NCBI GenBank assembly: GCA_951406725.2
Contig: OX597824.1
Location: forward strand, 26,846,001-26,910,000
Length of the DNA: 64,000 bases
Reading direction: 5' to 3'
Origin: Octopus vulgaris
Lineage: Eukaryota
Positions 56,285-64,000 of this stretch are shown piece after piece (the first letter of the stretch is position 1; every line of letters begins with the position of its first letter). The position numbers and the translations under genes are program-made. The notes beneath the pieces were generated by a model, which saw nothing but the letters and a program-made list of their open reading frames with translations, had not been told where the DNA came from and did not search any database.

Positions 56285-57075
56285 GTCTAAATTACGTACA
56301 AAATGAAAATAACGCTGACATCTCATTTTAAACGATATATTTACCAACATTAAATAAAAAATATCTTGAAATACTAAAGAGTAAATTTATTCAATAAAAT
56401 CGCCATTGGCTTAAACCACGGCCTCTAGACGACTTCGGAATCTTTTGCAACTCTTCTGGATAGTCTCCTTGTTGAAGTTGGTGAATGCTGCCATAGTCCT
56501 TGTCTTCGGGTCATCTTTGGTGTTACAAGGAGTTTGGTTGGTCTCTCGCTCGACTGCGCCCCACACATAATAATTAAGTGAGTTGCTGTTTGGGGACAGA
56601 TGTTAGGGGTGATATGGTTGCATAAATTGTCTGACATCCATATTTGGATCCTCCTGCTTGTGTGGCATTGTGCAGATTCCTGTTGTCCGAGATAAGGTCT
56701 TTCATTAGTCACCCTCTTCATCCAGAGCAGCACTACCTCCTCCAGGGACTTGATGTAGGCCTCTGTGTTGAGTGCGAGGCCATGTGGGAAGATGAATGGA
56801 TGCATAACGTCTCCGTCACTAGTGATCGCTCCAAACACGTAGGAAGTTGACTGGATGTTTGATTTTTTATCACTCCCGGTACATGCGCTGTCCTCAGATT
56901 GACATCTAAACACTCTGAAACGTTCATAGTGGACCTTCCGGCGCGAATGCCAAGCAGTACAGCATGTCGTTTCCAAATATCTGGCAGAGTGAATTACATC
57001 ATGTTACTGACCCTACTATACTGTGTAGTCGACAAATACAATGGGCATGCACGAAATTAAAAATATAAAAATGTG
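56285..57075 (-). mobile_element. Second maT (DD37D) relic
   Basis: Collinear with 46490-47000; VFGAITSDGDVMHPFIFPHGL.LNTEAYIK.LEEVV. Confidence 0.88.
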
Positions 57076-57301
57076 TCAGGTAGTGCTGCTCTGGATGAAG
57101 AGGGTGACTAATGAAAGACCCTATCTGGAGCACCGCCTTGAAGGGTTTTAGTCAAACAAATCGACCCACAGGACTTATTTTTTTCAGCCTAATATTTATC
57201 CCATCGCTGTCTTTCGTGCAACCGCTAAGATACGGTGAAGTAAACACACCAAAATTTGTATCACATCGAAACTAACTATGACTTAATTTTCCTCTCACAC
57301 C

Positions 57302-57344
57302 GTCTCCGATGAAGGGATATTATTAATCAATATCCTTGTAAGAC
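57302..57344 (+). ncRNA. Hammerhead relic with GAAAC deleted
   Basis: GTCT-CCGATGA-AGGGATATT-attaatc-AATATCCT-[gap]-TGTA-AGAC; stems I and II intact. Confidence 0.55.
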
Positions 57345-57412
57345 CTTCTATCTATAAATGCTCTAATATCTATACAGCCTTGGTTTTTTATATTATTACG
57401 CAAAAACTTCAT

Positions 57413-57540
<128 letters not shown>

Positions 57541-57554
57541 TCAGATATGTATGC

Positions 57555-57605
<51 letters not shown>

Positions 57606-58256
57606 GAGAGAAAAAGGGAGAGAGAGAGAAAGAGAGAGAGAGAGATATTCAGATACATGTGTGTGCTTGTGTGTTATATTTGTATGTGTGTGTGTGTCGT
57701 GCGTGTAAGCGTGTGTGTGTGTAGTCCGTGTGAATATATGTTTATATGCACATGTGTGTTTGTGAGTGTGTGTATATATGTGTGTGTGTGTGCGTATTTG
57801 TACGTAGGAGATACAAACTTAGATTTGGCTACAGTTCCAACAGAGTGATTTTAAAGATAAAAGTAGGAGATATATATGTTGACCTGTCGAATCAAGAGGC
57901 AAAAAAATACACTCCAGCACTGTTCTTCAACCGACCTCGTTTCTATCTTATTATATTTATATACATCGTGGTTATGAATGCATTTAAAATTTGAGTTGCA
58001 CTTTGCGATTGAATTGTAGGCCGCTTCATGAAGGGTATCTTTTAAAATCAACTTTTTTCACTGAATTAGGCTACGGTAATCGTGGGGCACCTCTTTGGAA
58101 GAATTTTAGTGGAATGAATCGACTTTTCCTTTTAATATATATATATATTTATGCATACATTTGTTCTTTTTTGTGTTTTATTTTTCAAAATGTAACCACA
58201 TGTGAATCGGCGATTTTTTTTTCTCCGTCTTGCGCTTATTCTTTCTTTTCTGGATT

Positions 58257-58292
<36 letters not shown>

Positions 58293-58295
<3 letters not shown>

Positions 58296-58475
58296 TTAAA
58301 GCATACAGAAAATTCAACAAAGTCTGTTACTCTGGGTTTCTCGTTGCCGTTCATCAGACAGTTTTTGCTAGAATGGAATCGATATATCGGTTCCATTCTA
58401 GTAAAAACTGTCTGATGAACGGCAACGAGAAACTCAGAGTAACAGATTTTGTTGAATTTTCTGCTGCTTTAAATA
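58293..58475. ncRNA. ~180-bp palindrome carrying back-to-back hammerheads (58324-58361 minus, 58408-58445 plus)
   Basis: Centre gatatatc 58381-88; plus copy ctgt-CTGATGA-ACG-GCAA-CGA-GAAAC-TCAGA-GTA-acag. Confidence 0.8.
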
Positions 58476-58549
58476 AAGCATATTACTCTACCACTGGTAT
58501 TTGAGTACTCTTTTTTTTCCACCTTGTTTCACATTTATGTGTTTACTCC

Positions 58550-58592
<43 letters not shown>

Positions 58593-58594
<2 letters not shown>

Positions 58595-58752
58595 TGTTGT
58601 GTCTGGGGAGAGTCATTTTCTTTGGGTGCCATATAATTTAACACACTCACCAGTAAAATTTCTACTAATTTCTATTTTATTTTTCTAAAAGTTTCGTTGC
58701 ATCTTGCAAACTTTTCAAACAATTGAAAAGGTTGCAAGACGCAACGAAAATT
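58593..58752 (-). mobile_element. PLE-like 3' end with fold-back, hammerhead-like core and shared terminal module
   Basis: Hairpin 58692-58749: TTGAAAAG-GTTGC-aagac-GCAAC-GAAA-ATTT; body matches 7150-7272. Confidence 0.6.
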
Positions 58753-59115
58753 TGACTGCGGCCATACTGGAGCACCGCCTTGAAGGGTTTTAGTCGAACA
58801 AATCGACCCACAGGACTTATTTTTTCAGCCCAATATTTATCCCATCGGTGTCTTTCGTGCAACCGCAAAGATACGGTGAAGTAAACACACCAAAATCGTG
58901 TTTGGGGAGGGGGCAAGCACAGGCGCAAAGATCTATATATACACACACATACATACGACAGGCTTCTTTCAGTTTCCGTCTATCAGATCCATTCGCAAGT
59001 CTTCGGTCGGCCCGACACAAAAATAGAAGACACTAGCCCAAGATGCCACGCAGTGGTACTCAACTCTGGATCATGTGTAGTTAGGAAGCAAGCTTCTTAC
59101 TGCACAGCCACACCT
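58750..59115 (-). mobile_element. SINE family B
   Basis: Reverse complement of family B. Confidence 0.85.
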
Positions 59116-59133
59116 ATATATATATATATACAT

Positions 59134-59184
<51 letters not shown>

Positions 59185-59275
59185 CATATACACGCACATA
59201 TATATATATATATATGTATGTATATATGTGTATATATATATATATATACATATACATACATACCCACACACACAT

Positions 59276-59337
<62 letters not shown>

Positions 59338-59638
59338 GTGTATAGCCAGTTCTTATATCCATTTGAGGATTTCTCCCAGGCTTTAATCCATCATTTTCCT
59401 GTTTGGCCCCCAAAGCTATATTTATTTATTGTCTTCGTCTATCGTTTCAAATTAGCGTTGTTTACTTTTGTACGTCCACCATTTTGTACGTTTGCTCGAA
59501 CACAAATACTCCGCAAATCTTGCGGGTGCCGCTGATATAAGAAGTCCCTAGTCTTATCGTTAAAGGCTTGAAAGTAGGTATTTGATGAAGTATTAGGGTT
59601 CTGGTGCACCTTTTGTAGTATTTAATGCCATTTTCATT

Positions 59639-59683
<45 letters not shown>

Positions 59684-60432
59684 AATCACACACACACACA
59701 CACACAGACACACACACACACATACACATACACACATACACACACACATATATATATAAAGGATAAAAAAAACCTCGGCATGACAAGCTTATGATATCAT
59801 TTTAAATATTTCAATTAAAGTAAAGGTATGCATGCATGTTTTATGTATGTATGTATGTATGTATGTATGTATGTATGTATGTATGTATATTTGCATATGT
59901 CAGCTAGAATCTTAAGTATTTTTGGACAAAATCTTACTGTAAAATGGTCCACCGTTGACACTTTCAGCGGTTGAATCATTGTCGACAGCATTGTTCGGTA
60001 TGCGTTTGAACTCAGTAAATAATCTCTATTTAAAAGGACGTATTACTATATTAAAGCAATTCTATTCTTATTTGTGAAAATAGCACTTAATGTTAAGTGT
60101 TGTATTAATAGAAAAACATGTCCATTAAATTGAAATTACTAAGCGACTCTCACCCATCGTATATCACGCGAAGTAACAATGAACCAAGTCTTTTCGAGCT
60201 GAGTTATTAACCAATGTACATCGAGCTTTAATAGCCCAGCCAAGATAACGAATAAGAATTAATCTAAATATGCGCAGGCGTGGCTGTGTTGTTAGAAGTT
60301 TGCTTCCCAAATTCATTGTTTCAGGTTCAGTTCCTTTGCGGGGAAGCTGGTGAAAATTTCTTCTAGTATAGTTCCGGACCAAGAAAAAAGACTTGTAAAT
60401 AGATTTGGTAGACGAAAACAGAAAGAAGCCCG

Positions 60433-60477
<45 letters not shown>

Positions 60478-60699
60478 AGTTGTAAGCTGTCAAATTCATG
60501 TGACATTCCCATGAAGGGAATAATACTACTGCTATTTAGCCCTAGGAAGCAGCACCGCTTCATGCCAGCCTTGACACATTTCCTATGTCCTTATGTTTAC
60601 AAGGGGGAGATAAGCACCTCTACCCAGCTAAGCCAGCACCAGAGACTAGTTTCTGAGTCATTGCTGGACCTTAGTCTGGAGTATCATGGCTTGTGTGTG

Positions 60700-61072
60700 T
60701 ATACAAGAGTTAAAGAATGGAAAAGGTAACACCCGGGTTACATATGTTTCAAAGCGAGTGGAAACTCGGAAGTAGTAAACATCCTGGCGAGGTGTATACC
60801 CCAGGGTACTCGTCAGGCCTAGGGTATCTTGATTAAATGAAGTTTACATTGTTGTAAGACGGTACATGTTAACACACGGGCGATTAGATCACACATTCTG
60901 ATCGAATCGTCCGTGTGTTGACAATGGAAACTTCATCTAATCAAGATACCCTCGGCCTGACGAGTAGCCTGCAATATACATTTCGCTTGGATATTTACCG
61001 CTTCTGAGGCTGCACTCGCTATGAGACATATGCAGCCCGGATCTTATCTACTCCATTCCTTAACTCTTGTAT
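60700..61072. mobile_element. Old fold-back element, each arm with a decayed hammerhead
   Basis: Arms atacaagagttaa...gatc / gatc...ttaactcttgtat; cores at 60736-60819 (-) and 60954-61037 (+). Confidence 0.75.
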
Positions 61073-61242
61073 ATTATCTGTAAATATAATATAAATTAGA
61101 GATAAAACCACTATTATGCAACTCAAACAGTGATACACATAAACCAAAACATAAATAACAAATAAAAAATATTTCTATAAAACATATAACTAGATCTCAA
61201 AAAGTATAAAAATAAATAGTCAATATATAATAAGTAAAAAGA

Positions 61243-61342
61243 AACTACGTACGTTTCATGGCTACAATTAAATTCGAATTACAATTAAATTTAAATTTAA
61301 TTGAAATAAATTCAATTTAAAATTATAGCCAATGTTCAGGTT
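61243..61342 (-). ncRNA. Hammerhead with one core mutation (G8C) and long AT-rich stem II
   Basis: aac-CTGAACA-tTGGCTATAATT...AATTGTAGCCAt-GAAAC-GTAC-GTA-gtt. Confidence 0.68.
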
Positions 61343-61489
61343 AACAATAATAGTTAATTAAATAAGCAAATAGAGTTAATATTTATTTAAAAAATAAGTA
61401 AAATAATATTTTTTCTTATACAAGAAACTCTATTAACTAAAGTTGAAACTTAAAACATTAGGAATATTTCCTACAACACATTTATTATG

Positions 61490-62247
61490 TTGAATATTGA
61501 TGTGAATTCGTGTGTTGAAGTAGATATTGTTGTATTTGGGGACGGTCATGTTGCCAGTTTAGCCAATAAAACACACGCACTATATATTTTAACTTCTATG
61601 TTGTTGAGTGAGGCCCCGAGTTCCTGCTCGGCGTAAAATCTTGTCCACACATAGAACAGACGCAATGCTTAAACAAATTACGGAAGTTACACATCTAACA
61701 GAAGATAAACCTAGCCTGATTAGAAAACTAGAATGGAACACTAGCGCACACACCCCAGCACACCACAACCTACGCCAGAATATGATCCTCATAAACTGAT
61801 AAGAATATGAATATAATACAATTCACAGATAAATAAATGGAATTAACTATATACATAAACAAATTAAATTAAATTAAATTAATACAAAAAAAATATAGAA
61901 AGAAAAGTAAAAGTAAATAGATATAAACAATTGAATAAAATAAATTAAATTAAATGAACGTGTATAAACAGAAGATACTGATAATGCAGGCACCCCCCCA
62001 CACACACACACTTACTAAACATAGATACATACAACAGGAATACAAAATGCCAGATCATTAGTAAGGAGGGACACACATAAAAGAAAGAAATCAAAGGACC
62101 ACTGATGAAGTCACAGAAGTGTGACGAAAGAACTCTCGCCGAAATACAATTAATATAAAATAAAGCTGAAGCAATTGAACGCCAAATATACAGTGCGTGT
62201 GATTTTATTGGCTAAACTGGCAACATAACCATCCCCAAATACAATAT
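61490..62247 (+). mobile_element. 5'-truncated PLE: inverted terminal copy + GIY-YIG C-terminus + 3' repeat with hammerhead (62102-62137)
   Basis: KILSTHRTDAMLKQITEV.HL...KPSLIRKLEW resembles the PLE endonuclease end; CTGATGA-A-GTCAC-agaagt-GTGAC-GAAA-GAACT-CTC; IR 61527-61589 / 62186-62247. Confidence 0.78.
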
Positions 62248-62249
62248 AT

Positions 62250-62655
62250 AGTAGAAGATACTTGCCCAAGGTGCCACGCAATGGGACTCAACCACACGTT
62301 TCCGGGTTCAGTCCCACTGCGTGGCACCTTGGGAAAGTGTCTTCTTCTATAGCCTCGGGCCGACCAAAGTCTTGTGAGTGGATTTGATAGGCGGAAACTG
62401 AAAGAAGCCCGCCGTATATATGTATATGTATATGTATATATATGTGTGTGTGTATGTTTGTGTGTCAGTGTTTGTCCCCGCAACATCGCTTGTCAACCGA
62501 TGCTGGTGTGTTTACGTCCCTGTAAATTAGCGGTTCGGCAAAAGAGACGGATAGAATAAGTACTAGGCTTACAAAGAATAAGTCCTGGGGTCGATTTGCT
62601 CGACTAAAGGCGGTGCTCAAGCATGACCACAGTCAAATGACTGAAACAAGTAAAT
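62250..62655 (+). mobile_element. SINE family B with short inverted 5' piece
   Basis: Homology to 49630; 62250-62290 is an inverted copy of 62308-62350. Confidence 0.9.
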
Positions 62656-62672
62656 GAGTAAAAGAGAGAATA

Positions 62673-62741
<69 letters not shown>

Positions 62742-62748
<7 letters not shown>

Positions 62749-62923
62749 TTGTATACTGTCAACTTAACCTGACAGTCCTGTAAGGGAATTACCACACCGC
62801 TGTTTAGCCCTAGGAAGGATCGACATCGACGCTTCTTGTCGGCCTTGCTTCCTAGGGCTAAACAGCGGTGGTGTAATTCCCTTACGGGACTGTCACGTCA
62901 AGTTGACAGTATACAACCACTCT
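62742..62923. mobile_element. Fold-back MITE-like element (76-bp arms); single decayed arm at 60475-60550
   Basis: agagtggttgtatactgtcaactt...ccctaggaag / cttcctaggg...aagttgacagtatacaaccactct. Confidence 0.8.
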
Positions 62924-62974
62924 ATCGCTCCACCACCGTACATATCTCTATGAGATATTTAGAAATTTAATATT

Positions 62975-63037
<63 letters not shown>

Positions 63038-63166
63038 GACAAACATACGTAAACTGGTACAAACACACACAGGCATGTATGCTTCTACAAGTGTGTTTGG
63101 CTGCCCGCGCATACGCGTGTTAGCGCGTGTCCTTGCGCTTATGTTTGCTTCCAATATGAATGAGTA

Positions 63167-63206
<40 letters not shown>

Positions 63207-63263
63207 CACTATATATGATGTGGGAGAATATTTACTGTCTGTGCCTATATGTGCGTGTGTGTA

Positions 63264-63294
<31 letters not shown>

Positions 63295-63692
63295 ATGTGA
63301 CTGTTTTGTCGCTTTTGAACACAAACAAAATGATTGTTAAGACAAGTCACTTGCTTAGCAAAGAAGTATAACTGACCTCCATTTCCGGGTCACTGCTTTA
63401 ATAAGCAAAACACACACACATACACAGACACTGCCTTCACACAAACATATATACAATGCACGAAAACGGACACAGACGCACGCACGCACGCACGGACACA
63501 CAAGAGGGACGTGATGACCGTGTAGATAACATTATTACTACAGGGTGCGCCACTCTATTCCACTTTAATGCTTTGTCTTCTATTTCTTTTCATGTTGCAC
63601 CGATATCTAATTGGATAGATCGATTAAGCTGAACCAACGTTACACACACACGCACACACACACACAAACACACATACACACACACACACACT

Positions 63693-63735
<43 letters not shown>

Positions 63736-63766
63736 AAACACACACACGTGTATATATGTAGGTATG

Positions 63767-63903
<137 letters not shown>

Positions 63904-64000
63904 CACACACACACACACACAGACATATATATATGTTGTGTCAGTACAACCACGGCTAACTAAATGAGGCTGCTAAGTGACTAAATCAGTGTGAATAAGT

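Overview
This is a 64 kb AT-rich, very microsatellite-dense animal genomic window, with (TA)n, (CA)n, (TATG)n, (GATA)n, (GA)n, (TTA)n and (CAT)n tracts. The SINE repertoire suggests an octopod cephalopod (inference). There is no intact protein-coding gene, and almost all track ORFs are microsatellite translation artefacts. Recognisable content: four tRNA-derived SINE families (some in tandem arrays), mariner DD34D and maT DD37D relics, non-autonomous Helitrons, Tigger-like and hAT-like MITEs, R4/Dong, RTE and probable L1/Tx1 LINE 3' ends, and two decayed Penelope-like element (PLE) coding fragments, one of them Naiad-type. The main hidden signal is about 17 minimal type-I hammerhead ribozyme motifs (CUGANGA...GAAAC-palindrome-GUA), some intact, some variant and some decayed. 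They are carried by many small non-coding elements with fold-back or partial-tandem architecture, several inserted in (TA)n. This looks like a diverse retrozyme-like, non-autonomous PLE system. A few splice-site-bounded segments on the minus strand suggest the window may lie in the long 5' introns of a host gene. All pairings and alignments were done by eye and no database searches were run.
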